Below, one piece after another: positions 12,165 through 21,739 of a stretch of DNA of 64,000 nucleotides. The translations under genes were made by a program, and so were the position numbers. The stretch is from Escherichia coli (GTDB taxonomy: Bacteria; Pseudomonadota; Gammaproteobacteria; Enterobacterales; Enterobacteriaceae), in NCBI RefSeq assembly GCF_024223415.1, contig NZ_CP100500.1; one strand, written 5' to 3'. Numbering within the stretch: position 1 is the stretch's first letter; each line of letters begins with the position of its first letter. The notes beneath the pieces were generated by a model, which was not told the origin of the DNA, ran no database searches, and was given only the letters and a program-made list of their open reading frames with translations.

Positions 12165-12983
12165 ATGAAACTGACAACACATCATCTACGGACAGGGGCC
12201 GCATTATTGCTGGCCGGAATTCTGCTGGCAGGTTGCGACCAGAGTATCAGCGATGCAAAACACATTAAAGTTGGCGTTATAAATGGCGCAGAACAAGATG
12301 TCGCGGAAGTCGCTAAAAAGGTGGCAAAAGAGAAATATGGCCTCGATGTTGAACTGGTAGGATTTAGCGGTTCGTTGCTACCGAACGATGCGACAAATCA
12401 TGGCGAACTTGATGCGAATGTCTTCCAGCATCGACCCTTTCTTGAACAAGATAATCAGGCGCATGGTTATAAACTGGTAGCGGTGGGAAATACGTTTGTC
12501 TTCCCTATGGCGGGTTATTCCAAAAAAATCAAAACCGTGGCGCAAATAAAAGAAGGCGCGACAGTGGCGATCCCCAACGACCCGACCAACCTTGGTCGCG
12601 CACTTTTACTGTTGCAAAAAGAGAAGCTAATTACTCTGAAAGAGGGAAAAGGGTTATTACCTACCGCGCTGGATATAACCGATAATCCTCGTCATTTGCA
12701 GATTATGGAACTCGAGGGGGCGCAGCTCCCGCGCGTACTGGATGATCCCAAAGTTGATGTAGCGATTATCAGCACCACTTACATTCAGCAGACCGGGCTT
12801 TCTCCGGTGCACGACAGCGTATTTATTGAAGATAAGAATTCGCCGTATGTGAATATTTTGGTGGCACGGGAAGATAATAAGAATGCAGAAAACGTGAAGG
12901 AATTTCTGCAATCTTATCAATCACCCGAAGTCGCTAAAGCGGCAGAAACCATTTTTAACGGTGGCGCGGTGCCTGGCTGGTAA
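12165..12983 (+). CDS. nlpA: Lipoprotein-28 (methionine-binding lipoprotein family)
   Basis: 272-aa ORF with lipobox LLAGC; recognised as NlpA. Confidence 0.9.
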   Translation: MKLTTHHLRTGAALLLAGILLAGCDQSISDAKHIKVGVINGAEQDVAEVAKKVAKEKYGLDVELVGFSGSLLPNDATNHGELDANVFQHRPFLEQDNQAHGYKLVAVGNTFVFPMAGYSKKIKTVAQIKEGATVAIPNDPTNLGRALLLLQKEKLITLKEGKGLLPTALDITDNPRHLQIMELEGAQLPRVLDDPKVDVAIISTTYIQQTGLSPVHDSVFIEDKNSPYVNILVAREDNKNAENVKEFLQSYQSPEVAKAAETIFNGGAVPGW

Positions 12984-12986
12984 TTC

Positions 12987-13910
12987 TCACTTATGCCGCG
13001 CCGGACGATTTATTTTTCTGGCGCGGCGACGGGAATCCATTGAAATCAAAATCACCGATGACAGAATCAGCAGCGTTCCCAGCCAGTCCGGTAATGTGAA
13101 CGTGATCCCCAGCAACAGCAAAGAGAGTAGCGCGCTACTTAATGGTTCTGCACAGCTCAAAATGCTGGCTTTTGGACCGCCAATTAATTGTGCTCCTTTC
13201 AGGTACAGACTAAATGTCAGGGACGTACCAATGACCACCAAATAAAAAAACGCCAGAATCAAACTGCCGTTAACGACAAAGTTTGTTCCTTGTCTGGCAT
13301 AAAAAGGCAACAGAATCAGACCGCCAATCAGCATACTCCAGCCGACGACTGGTAACGTGCCATAGCGGGCAATTAGCGTTGAGGGATAGGTGGTATAGAA
13401 TGCAGCAGCAAATGCCGAGGCAATGCCCCAGAACAACGCGGCAGGAGAGATCGATAATGACGTCGGATTACCGTGTGTCACCAATAAAAAAGTCCCGACC
13501 AGCGATGTCAAAATAGCGCAGAAAACCAGAATGCCCGGGCGCGATTTACGCACCAGTGAGAACCAGGCGACGATAATCGTCGGTGAGAGGAATTGCAGCA
13601 CCGTTGCCGTGGCTGCGTTCGATTTTTCGATGGTTAGCAAAAAAGTGAGCTGTACAGTTAGCGCGCCAACCACGGAAAAAATCAGCAGGCTAATGGCATC
13701 TTTATGATTGTTAATAATAGAAAAGATTTTATCGCCATGAACAAATGACAGCGTCAGTAGAATCAAACCGGCGAATATCAAACGCGTCATAGTCAAAAAC
13801 TGCGACGACATCTGGCTTTGCTCCATGATGTATTGCGCGCAGACCCCTGAACTTCCCCACAACACGGCGGCAATCAGAACGTTCAGCATCCCCTTTCTGG
13901 TGGAACCCAT
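12987..13910 (-). CDS. yicL: EamA/DMT-family inner membrane transporter
   Basis: 307-aa 10-TM ORF; synteny. Confidence 0.85.
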
Positions 13911-14020
13911 TTTTCCCTCTGCATACTGTTTTGTCGTTTATGTATGCAGGCATGATAGCAAAAATGGCGAGGATGGCTCTGTTTGCGCCACGCCGATTTT
14001 TCTTAGTCCAGACTGGTGAG

Positions 14021-15205
14021 CTAAATATCTTTAATAAACAGCAAGCAAATCATCGCAATACCCAACATCCCTATCGCCAGCCAGAACAACGCATGGTAGC
14101 TCCAGATTTCAACCATAATTCCGTCAACAGAGCCGGCGATAATCCAGCCGACGCGTGAAGTATTTGCATATAACGTTGTCGCAGAGCCTATTTTTTCAGG
14201 CATCAGGTCCTGAAAATAAAGCATGCCGATACCACAGAGAATACCAAGGAAGATGGCATTTAGAATTTGCAATTCCAGCTCAACTGCCGGAGTCGTCGCC
14301 ATGAGTACGCTGGCGTAAAAACACATTCCACTCACGATAGCAATGAGCATTAATAGCCGCTTGCCAATACGTTTCATGTAATAGCCTGCGATTAACATCA
14401 TCGGAATTTCCAGACCGGCAGCGATACCAATCATTTCTCCAGCCAGTTTATCGGTTAGATGCAGTTCATCAATAATAAATAGCGGCATATTTATCATGTA
14501 GAGATTATTCGCCGCCCACATCATTGAACAGACCACAAAAAGTAGCCGCGTATCCCGCTTCCTGTGGGTGGAGGGTAAAATTTCTATGGGTTGGGTAACG
14601 ACAGGAATATTTCTTTGTATTGATGGCAAAAACAACCAGACTATCAGTCCGCAAACAACAAATGCGATGGCAGCGGTGAGATACATCACTTTAAAACTAA
14701 ATCCCATAGCCAGTTCATAAGCGAGCGGTGGCCCGATAACCCAGGCAAGCGAGATCTGAGCACGTAAAAATGTACTGAACATGACCGTCTCACGGCCTGT
14801 TCTGTCGGCGTGTTCACGGGCGAGAGCGAACATTTGCGGGTTTGCGGTAGAAGCAAAACTACTCAGAAGTACGCCCGTAGAGAGCAGAATGAAGTAGTTG
14901 CGATTCCACGCAAAAAGCGTGCAGGCCAGCACTCCAAATAAGCAACATAGCAGGATCAGTAATTTACGGTCGCCTTGTTTATCGGAGTGCCTTGCCAGAA
15001 ATTGACTGACCAGAATTCCCATAATAGCGCTACCGGTGAAGAAAAAACCTACCATTATAGGACGGGCTTTCAGTTCATCTGCGAGGAATATACTTAGGGT
15101 AGGAGTCTGAAGAGCGCCCGCAATACCCGTCAGAAAGGCGACAAGTAAAAATGCCGCGGCAGTGAGATCAAGTATTTTTGATGGAGTGGTAGCCGTTTTT
15201 TGCAT
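14021..15205 (-). CDS. setC: Sugar efflux transporter C-like MFS protein
   Basis: 394-aa MFS ORF; position next to selC att remnant. Confidence 0.85.
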   Translation of the reverse strand: MQKTATTPSKILDLTAAAFLLVAFLTGIAGALQTPTLSIFLADELKARPIMVGFFFTGSAIMGILVSQFLARHSDKQGDRKLLILLCCLFGVLACTLFAWNRNYFILLSTGVLLSSFASTANPQMFALAREHADRTGRETVMFSTFLRAQISLAWVIGPPLAYELAMGFSFKVMYLTAAIAFVVCGLIVWLFLPSIQRNIPVVTQPIEILPSTHRKRDTRLLFVVCSMMWAANNLYMINMPLFIIDELHLTDKLAGEMIGIAAGLEIPMMLIAGYYMKRIGKRLLMLIAIVSGMCFYASVLMATTPAVELELQILNAIFLGILCGIGMLYFQDLMPEKIGSATTLYANTSRVGWIIAGSVDGIMVEIWSYHALFWLAIGMLGIAMICLLFIKDI

Positions 15206-15841
15206 TCTTCTGAATCACCGGGCGACAAAATATAACTGAGTTACAAATAAGTACCAGTCGAATGAGTATTGTATTAAGAATTTTTGAGTATCGCTGATAC
15301 AACCAGAAAACAATGCTAGCGCAATATTATAGGGCCAGCAATTGAGATTATTAGCAAAAGCATGTTAAGAATTAATCACCGAATTTATATTTAATTATAG
15401 TAAGGCAATGAGCTATTTTTGATAGTAAAAATAAAACAAGTTGATTTGATATATTAAATGAACAAATTAATCTTGATGGCAGTCTGATTATTGGTGAAGT
15501 TTATAGGTCAGTTTTTTTCGCCAGCTGTTAAAGGAATAGAACAGTCGTATAAAAAAGGGTGTTCTGGAGCGTGTAAAACAACATCTTCACCTTAATGGCG
15601 ATACAGTTGGCTGAGAGTCAGCAGGGGGGCAAATCACCTGCAAATAAACACGGCGCATGCTGGCGCGAATATCGCGGATGCGTTCGAGGACAGAAGAACC
15701 GACAGGCGGATTCTTCAGTCGCTCATCGTCCATCACAAAACCTTTGATCAGGTATTCCTGAAGCCGATTGAATATTGAGCAGTAGAAAATCTCTGGATTG
15801 ACAGTATTACAAGGGGTTGGAGAATGTCAGAAGAGGCATTT

Positions 15842-15865
15842 TGGCGGAGATCACAGGAGTCGAAT
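15842..15865 (-). repeat. Partial copy of the selC (tRNA-Sec) 3' end; island-distal att repeat
   Basis: tggcggagatcacaggagtcgaat is the reverse complement of the tRNA-Sec 3' end GGTTCGACTCCTGTGATCTTCCGCCA with one deleted base; no remainder of the tRNA follows. Confidence 0.75.
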
Positions 15866-15996
15866 ATAAGTATTAATGCATTGATCTTAAATAATTTGTA
15901 TGTATTGGATAAATGAGTAACCCCCATAAGAACCCCCAAATGATTTTGCATGAAGGAATGAAGCTAAAATACATGATTGAATCAATTCTTAGTACT

Positions 15997-16842
15997 CTAT
16001 TGTGAAGGTAACATTTCCGGATAGTGTCTGGCTATAATATCATTTAGCCGATCAACCAGTTCTGGTTTCCTGAACGTGATGTGCGCGGAGCCTTTCTTAA
16101 AGTATCTGATGCTGAACATCTCATCTTCATAGCACTCTTTACCCTGAACAGACCGGATGTGATCATCCAGATGAATGGTGATGTTTTCCCGGTTGTCGGG
16201 GATCGGTTTACCGCTGAACAGGTGCAACATTCTTTCCAGATCGGCGAGTCGGTCAGCCTGTTGCCCGGTGATAAGATGAAATCCCCACCGGTCCCACCTT
16301 ACTAGGTTGTTAATGATAATTTTACTGCCAAATTTACAGGGGCAATTAGTTTTGTAATTCCAGCTCAGTCCCCTGAAGACGTTGATCACCCCTCGCTCAA
16401 ACACTTCATCTTTGTTCTGGTGCAGTTGTTTAAATGTGCTCAGAATGTTCGCTTCACTGATTTCCGGAAAATTATCGTACTCCAGTGACCGGTACCATGT
16501 ATCACGGGCCTGCGCATCCATTAATGACAGCATCCCGGAACGTTGCATCAGGTCACGCCAGATTTCGCGGTCAAGGTTGCGGGTGATGGCTTTCATTGCT
16601 GTTTCAGGTTTCTCCATGAGCCAGCATCCGCAGCGAAAATCCTGTTTCATCGCCCAGTCCCGTGCGCTTTTACCACCAATGCTTTTTGTCAGTACTGAGA
16701 TTTCAGTCAGTTGCCGGATAAGCGTTTCGGTTTGTTGCAGTGCTGCATTCCGTACCGTCACAACGTGTCGGATACTGGTGGAGCAGATAACGTCCGTATT
16801 CCCGGTGACCACTTCCGGATGGGAGATTGTGATGTTTGACAT
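15997..16842 (-). CDS. Hypothetical protein, DUF4942-like, typical of CP4-like island ends
   Basis: 281-aa ORF next to the cbtA/yeeW-like genes; family assignment from memory. Confidence 0.55.
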   Translation of the reverse strand: MSNITISHPEVVTGNTDVICSTSIRHVVTVRNAALQQTETLIRQLTEISVLTKSIGGKSARDWAMKQDFRCGCWLMEKPETAMKAITRNLDREIWRDLMQRSGMLSLMDAQARDTWYRSLEYDNFPEISEANILSTFKQLHQNKDEVFERGVINVFRGLSWNYKTNCPCKFGSKIIINNLVRWDRWGFHLITGQQADRLADLERMLHLFSGKPIPDNRENITIHLDDHIRSVQGKECYEDEMFSIRYFKKGSAHITFRKPELVDRLNDIIARHYPEMLPSQ

Positions 16843-16926
16843 TATCGGTTTCCCTTTTGGTTTATAAACGAAAACGCCAGCCGTATTCAGGCTGGCGTCA
16901 GTGGAATGAAGTCTGGTGAGTAAGGC

Positions 16927-17124
16927 TCACCGGTTCTGTTGCAGAAGCTGCAGTTGGCGCAGGGTATGGATATCCTCCCTCGCCTGTTCAATGCAGGGCA
17001 GCAGTGCTGCCGAATCCGTTTTATCCTCATCGTTGTCAAAGATAATTCCCGATTCGCAGTCGATATTGTCCTGCAGCCACGCAATCAGAATATCCAGTGC
17101 TGTTTCCGTGGTTAATGATTTCAT
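16927..17124 (-). CDS. Small acidic hypothetical protein
   Basis: Start MKSLTTETALDIL inside ORF 16927..17169; no assignable family. Confidence 0.35.
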   Translation of the reverse strand: MKSLTTETALDILIAWLQDNIDCESGIIFDNDEDKTDSAALLPCIEQAREDIHTLRQLQLLQQNR

Positions 17125-17135
17125 GTTGTTCCTGG

Positions 17136-17624
17136 TTACCAGTTGAAAGTGGGTAAACCCGGCAGGCATTCAGAGCTGGCATCCAGATGAATGAGACTGA
17201 CGCCATAACGTCGGGTAAGTGTGACAACCAGACAACGGAACGTTTTTGACAGGCCCAGGCGCTTAAGCCGCAGAACCGGGTATGACCACGCATCGGTACG
17301 TAACAGATAGCCGCTACCTGTGAAATGAATCCATTCTGATTCACCAACGTCACTGGTCTGATGCGACAGCGAGTACAGCCAGGCGTTATCCTTTTCCGTG
17401 ATATGTGCGGTACTGCAGCGTATGCCGGCAAGGGTTGCAAACGGTGGTAGTGTGCAGGTTGACTGTTGGTCGGATTCCTCCACCACGCGGAGTGAATAAC
17501 CGTTTTCAGCGACCTTGTTAATCAGTTCAGTGAGATTAACACCATCGACGTCAACGACAATTTGCCCCATGTTCAGTGCCTGCACATTAATTCTGTCGGC
17601 TTCCAGCATCAGGGAAAGTTTCAT
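17136..17624 (-). CDS. YeeW-like protein encoded downstream of the CbtA toxin gene
   Basis: 162-aa ORF whose start overlaps the cbtA stop by 4 nt; conserved position in CP4-44-like elements. Confidence 0.5.
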   Translation of the reverse strand: MKLSLMLEADRINVQALNMGQIVVDVDGVNLTELINKVAENGYSLRVVEESDQQSTCTLPPFATLAGIRCSTAHITEKDNAWLYSLSHQTSDVGESEWIHFTGSGYLLRTDAWSYPVLRLKRLGLSKTFRCLVVTLTRRYGVSLIHLDASSECLPGLPTFNW

Positions 17625-17995
17625 CGTTTCTCCGGATGCTTACCCAGGGTAATGTTATTTACCGTTCTGTAATTGTCGCGGGTCATCAGGCCGGTCGCCC
17701 GGCGAGCCCGGAGGATATCAATACTGTTTATTAACTGAGAGCGGGGACAAGTGCTGAATCCCGGCTGGTTGGTACGCACCAGCGCGTATTTTTCCACGAG
17801 AAAATTCACCGCATCACACAGTGAAATGCCAGCTTCAATATGCTGCTCAATCACACGTTCATCGGCGAACGGTGTGTCATTCAGTGTAAGGCCGTAATGC
17901 TGGCCCAGTAGTCGGGAGAGCAGAGTCTGCCAGATGGTGACGGGAGACGGGCAGCTCGATGCCTCCCGTACGTGTGTATCGGGTAATGTTTTCAT
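17621..17995 (-). CDS. cbtA: CbtA/YeeV/YpjF-family cytoskeleton-binding toxin
   Basis: 124-aa protein near-identical in pattern to K-12 YeeV ([32 protein letters not shown]..). Confidence 0.85.
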   Translation of the reverse strand: MKTLPDTHVREASSCPSPVTIWQTLLSRLLGQHYGLTLNDTPFADERVIEQHIEAGISLCDAVNFLVEKYALVRTNQPGFSTCPRSQLINSIDILRARRATGLMTRDNYRTVNNITLGKHPEKR

Positions 17996-18084
17996 ACTGA
18001 AGGTTTTCCTGATATGCAGAGATGAAAAATGGAAAAGTGGCGTGGTGAAAGCACCAGGCCGGAGCAGAAGGTTATTCCGGTGGT

Positions 18085-18453
18085 TTACTTTTTCGTTTCG
18101 GGCGTCGGATAAACAGCCAGATAAACGTAACCACAGGAGCCGAGGGTGTCGGCTTCGCAGGTCAGCCCTTTCGCATACAGCGTGACGGTATGCTGATGTC
18201 GGGGATTCAGTTCACCGCTGGTGAGCATGAGTTCCAGTTGTTTCATCAGCAGCGGAAAGGCCTGGTCCAGATGGTATGCATCTGCGTCGCTGAAGCGGCC
18301 TCTGATACCGGCGCGGTCGGCAAGGTAATGCAGGCGGTTACCCTCCTGCACCAGACGAGCGCCAAAACAGGGCCTCACTGTGCAGGGAAGCCCCCACCAG
18401 GGGCGGTCGTGATTGTCGTCGGGATGAGTTATCCCGGAGAGTTTGTCTGACAC
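18085..18453 (-). CDS. cbeA: CbeA/YeeU/YfjZ-family antitoxin
   Basis: 122-aa protein upstream of cbtA with conserved YeeU-like sequence. Confidence 0.85.
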   Translation of the reverse strand: MSDKLSGITHPDDNHDRPWWGLPCTVRPCFGARLVQEGNRLHYLADRAGIRGRFSDADAYHLDQAFPLLMKQLELMLTSGELNPRHQHTVTLYAKGLTCEADTLGSCGYVYLAVYPTPETKK

Positions 18454-18615
18454 GATAAAATCCTCTCTGAAAAGTGGTTAAGAATGGTTTAATGATGACA
18501 GGTCAGCCGGCGCGCTGACCGGTTTCGGTGAAGGTGTATTCGTTGATGAGAATGGCCTCATCCACAGCGGCGTCTGAGGTCATCTGGTCGTACTCGTTTC
18601 CCGGGTGACGGAACA

Positions 18616-18837
18616 TCAGTTCAGGGTGACACTCATCAGCCGGACATACGGGCCAAAACTGTCCTTACGGCGTTCTGCAAATACAGCCAGCACACCGGGA
18701 ATATCCTGCACTTCACGACCGGTATACGCTTCAGTGCCACCATGCCAGCGGTATTTGCCGGTACAGAACGGAAAAAGACGGGATGCAGGATGCTGACGGT
18801 GAATACGCATGGCTTCACCACGGGTGATGATTTTCAT
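18616..18837 (-). CDS. DUF987 protein (YeeT/YpjJ family)
   Basis: 73-aa protein MKIITRGEAMRIH...; conserved position. Confidence 0.8.
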   Translation of the reverse strand: MKIITRGEAMRIHRQHPASRLFPFCTGKYRWHGGTEAYTGREVQDIPGVLAVFAERRKDSFGPYVRLMSVTLN

Positions 18838-18905
18838 AGTGTGATACCTCTGAAGACAGAAGATAAAAGTGAAAACAGGTGTGATGTGGTTGTGACGGTG
18901 ACGGG

Positions 18906-19382
18906 TTAAAGCAGACCGTGTTCCGCAAAGGAGAAAACCTGGCTGCCACCGATTATCAGATGGTCCGGCACCCGGATATCCACCAGGGCCAGTGCCTGTA
19001 CCAGACGTTCCGTAATAAGGCGGTCTGCCTTGCTGGGTGTGACTTCACCTGACGGGTGATTGTGTGCCAGCACCACGGCAGCGGCATTGTGATACAGGGC
19101 GCGTTTAATCACTTCCCGGGGATGGACTTCCGTGCGGTTGATGGTGCCGGTGAAGAGGGTTTCACCGGCAATCAGCTGATTCTGGTTATTCAGATACAGC
19201 ACCCGGAACTCTTCACGCTCCAGTCCCGCCATGTTCAGAATCAGCCATTCCCGTGCCGCACGGGTGGAGGTGAAGGCCACACCGGGTTCATGAAGATGGC
19301 GGTCCAGGGTTTTCAGAGCCCGCAGAATGAGACTGCGCTCGCCGGGCGTCATTTCTCCGGGCAGAAAGGAAAGCTGCTGCAT
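18906..19382 (-). CDS. RadC-like JAB-domain protein (YeeS/YfjY family)
   Basis: Start MQQLSFLPGE; HNHPSG metalloprotease-like motif. Confidence 0.85.
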   Translation of the reverse strand: MQQLSFLPGEMTPGERSLILRALKTLDRHLHEPGVAFTSTRAAREWLILNMAGLEREEFRVLYLNNQNQLIAGETLFTGTINRTEVHPREVIKRALYHNAAAVVLAHNHPSGEVTPSKADRLITERLVQALALVDIRVPDHLIIGGSQVFSFAEHGLL

Positions 19383-19397
19383 TGTCCCTGCCTCCAT

Positions 19398-19883
19398 TCA
19401 GTCGATGATGCGCATAATGGCGCTGCATTCCGGATGCTGCAGGGCGTAATCCCGCAGCCGGTAATAATGGACCGTCATGGCATAACACTCCGTACGACAG
19501 GCGTGATGACTGTACGTCATCAGACAGGCAGCAATGCCGGCGGCTTCCGGGCTCATTTCAGCGCGGTTACCGTTCATGGCATTGAACAGTACCCATGTTT
19601 CGCCATCATCGTCATCCGGTTCGGGCGCTATAAATGCGCCACCGTTGTTCAGTGTGTACAGATTCCAGATACCACCGCAGTAGTCTTCGCAAAGACGGTC
19701 CATCCAGCCGAAGATACGGGGCTCCAGGGTCACCCACTGTGGAATGAGGCAAAAATGCTGCGGCCAGAAGCTGATGCGCTGTTCATCAGGGACTATGGTG
19801 GCAACCAGCTGAGGCTGGTCATTCCCTGATGCAGCGGTTACGGAAACAGAAGATGTGGTGGAATTATGTGAAATGGTTTTCAT
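19398..19883 (-). CDS. Antirestriction protein (KlcA/ArdB-like, YfjX family)
   Basis: 162-aa protein starting MKTISHNS; family and position typical of CP4-57-like elements. Confidence 0.75.
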   Translation of the reverse strand: MKTISHNSTTSSVSVTAASGNDQPQLVATIVPDEQRISFWPQHFCLIPQWVTLEPRIFGWMDRLCEDYCGGIWNLYTLNNGGAFIAPEPDDDDGETWVLFNAMNGNRAEMSPEAAGIAACLMTYSHHACRTECYAMTVHYYRLRDYALQHPECSAIMRIID

Positions 19884-19958
19884 GAAATGACTCCTTAAAG
19901 GACAAATAAATGCGTGGTTTTCATGAAATGACTCCTTAAAGGACAAATAAATGCGTGG
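19877..19958. repeat. Two tandem copies of a 41-bp unit covering the RBS and start codon of the antirestriction gene
   Basis: catgaaatgactccttaaaggacaaataaatgcgtggtttt occurs twice head-to-tail. Confidence 0.85.
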
Positions 19959-19978
19959 TTTTCAGGGTAATGGCTGAA

Positions 19979-20797
19979 TCAGCGCAGGCTCTCCAGCAGC
20001 GTTTCCGCCATCACCCACAATGCGCGGTTGAGCTTAATGTCAGTGTCAATGCTGTGAATGGCACGGGTATGGATACGTTTTCCTTTAGCGCTGCGACCTG
20101 AAATTCCGCCTTTCAGCATATTCTCCTGAATGGTCTGATAAGCACTCCACAGGTCCTTACCGTAATCCTCCCGGCGTCGTGGCGTCAGAATGTCGGCGGT
20201 GGTGACGGGCTGATGTTCGTCACCATAACGGTAAGTCAGTGCCGCCTGTGCCAGCGCCTGGCGTGCCGGTGGCGGCAGAATCAGCGACTGCATGGCATCA
20301 CGCTTTTCCTCAATCCGGTCAAAAACCCCCACCACCTCGTAAGCCCCTTCAATAACTTTCTCCACCACATTTCCCCGGTGCGGAACACGCACTTCCCCCA
20401 GAGACTGACCACAGACGCATCCGTTCTGACAGACGAACCTGAAGTAACCCGGCAGCATCTGGTAGCTGGAGGTACCGTCATGGGAGTTGAGCAGAATGAT
20501 TTCAGGGACATGTTCTCCGTTTATCTCTCCGGCCCGCCGCAGACGCAGCATATGTTTTGTGTATCCCCGGCGGCCCGGGTCGCGCACACGGGTCTGGCAG
20601 GCGAAGAATGGCTGAAAGCCTTCCCGCTGCAGGCTTTCCAGTACGGTGATGGTGGGAATGTACGCATATCGTTTACTGCGGGAAGTATGCCGGTCTTCAC
20701 CGAAAATACTGGGAACATAGTGCATCAGTTCTTCGTGTGTCAGCGGACGGTCACGGCGTATCTGGTTCGTATAACCAAAACGACTGGCTAGTCGCAT
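19979..20797 (-). CDS. DUF932 protein (YfjQ/YafZ family)
   Basis: 272-aa protein starting MRLASRFGYTNQIRRDRPLTHEELM. Confidence 0.8.
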   Translation of the reverse strand: MRLASRFGYTNQIRRDRPLTHEELMHYVPSIFGEDRHTSRSKRYAYIPTITVLESLQREGFQPFFACQTRVRDPGRRGYTKHMLRLRRAGEINGEHVPEIILLNSHDGTSSYQMLPGYFRFVCQNGCVCGQSLGEVRVPHRGNVVEKVIEGAYEVVGVFDRIEEKRDAMQSLILPPPARQALAQAALTYRYGDEHQPVTTADILTPRRREDYGKDLWSAYQTIQENMLKGGISGRSAKGKRIHTRAIHSIDTDIKLNRALWVMAETLLESLR

Positions 20798-21208
20798 AAT
20801 TTGCTCCTTATCGGTGGTTAAGATTTACTGGTGTAATAAATGAAAAAGCCACGTCTCCCGGAGAAGACGCGGCCTGATGGGTGAAATGAATGACGTTTAT
20901 TGTCTGAGAAGACCGTCACTGGCGAGCCGCGTATTAAGCACCTTTCCGGCATCGGGTTCAGAATTCCGGCAGCGCCAGCGTCGCTGACCTTCCGTGTTGC
21001 GGATAACCCGACGGAAATGCATTCCCGGGTCATCCTGGATAAACACATTGCGGTAAGCTGTTATGACAGCAACCGCCTGCCCGTATGAGAAAGATCCTTC
21101 AGCCAGGACATACTCTGTGTAACCCGGCATATCTGTTTTCTCCTGATAAATAAAAAGCCTCTGCCACGCGTTGTGACAGAGGCTGAAGCATGAAACTGAC
21201 TTCAGGGA

Positions 21209-21664
21209 TCAGTTAACGTTTTTTCCGGAAACGGTAATCAGCAGTGGATGGTAGTCCTGGGGATTGAAAACCGATAACGGCAGACTGACACGATGGCCGT
21301 TACTTTCTTCAGTTGCTTTAATGATTTCGGTTGTGGCGACATTTTCCACGCACTCCGTTTCCAGAAATGCGTCTGTGGTTCGCGTGGCATTACTGTCACC
21401 AAAAGCTTCCGTTTCCATTTTTCTGGTCACCAGCGTCTGACCATATTTGTCTTTGAGTTGCAGAGTGATGGTGAGGGGGCCAAATCCTTCATCGTTTCCG
21501 CCATTATCCAGCCGGAACTGGTAAGCACAAATATTTCCCGGGAGCCATATCGTATCTGTATTGCGTATACTGATGTAACGTTGATCCTGTGCCCGGAGTG
21601 GGGCAGACCACGTTAACCCCAGAATGAAGGCGGTAATCATGCAGGTTTTGAACAGGTGAATCAT
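21209..21664 (-). CDS. Secreted hypothetical protein
   Basis: 151-aa ORF with N-terminal signal peptide (ITAFILGLTWSAPLRA). Confidence 0.5.
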   Translation of the reverse strand: MIHLFKTCMITAFILGLTWSAPLRAQDQRYISIRNTDTIWLPGNICAYQFRLDNGGNDEGFGPLTITLQLKDKYGQTLVTRKMETEAFGDSNATRTTDAFLETECVENVATTEIIKATEESNGHRVSLPLSVFNPQDYHPLLITVSGKNVN

Positions 21665-21739
21665 GGTATTTACCTCTCTGAGTCATGACGATGACACTGA
21701 CAAATCAGGTGATAAAGCGTAAAAGGCGCAGAATAGCCG

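Noticed and set aside
15866-15996. Possible intact selC tRNA next to the 24-nt repeat
   Set aside because: The sequence after the repeat does not continue as tRNA-Sec; only the 3'-terminal 24 nt are present.
19056-19829. 257-aa plus-strand ORF
   Set aside because: Overlaps the RadC-like and antirestriction genes on the opposite strand; no coding signature of its own.
20213-20791. 192-aa plus-strand ORF
   Set aside because: Antisense to the DUF932 gene.
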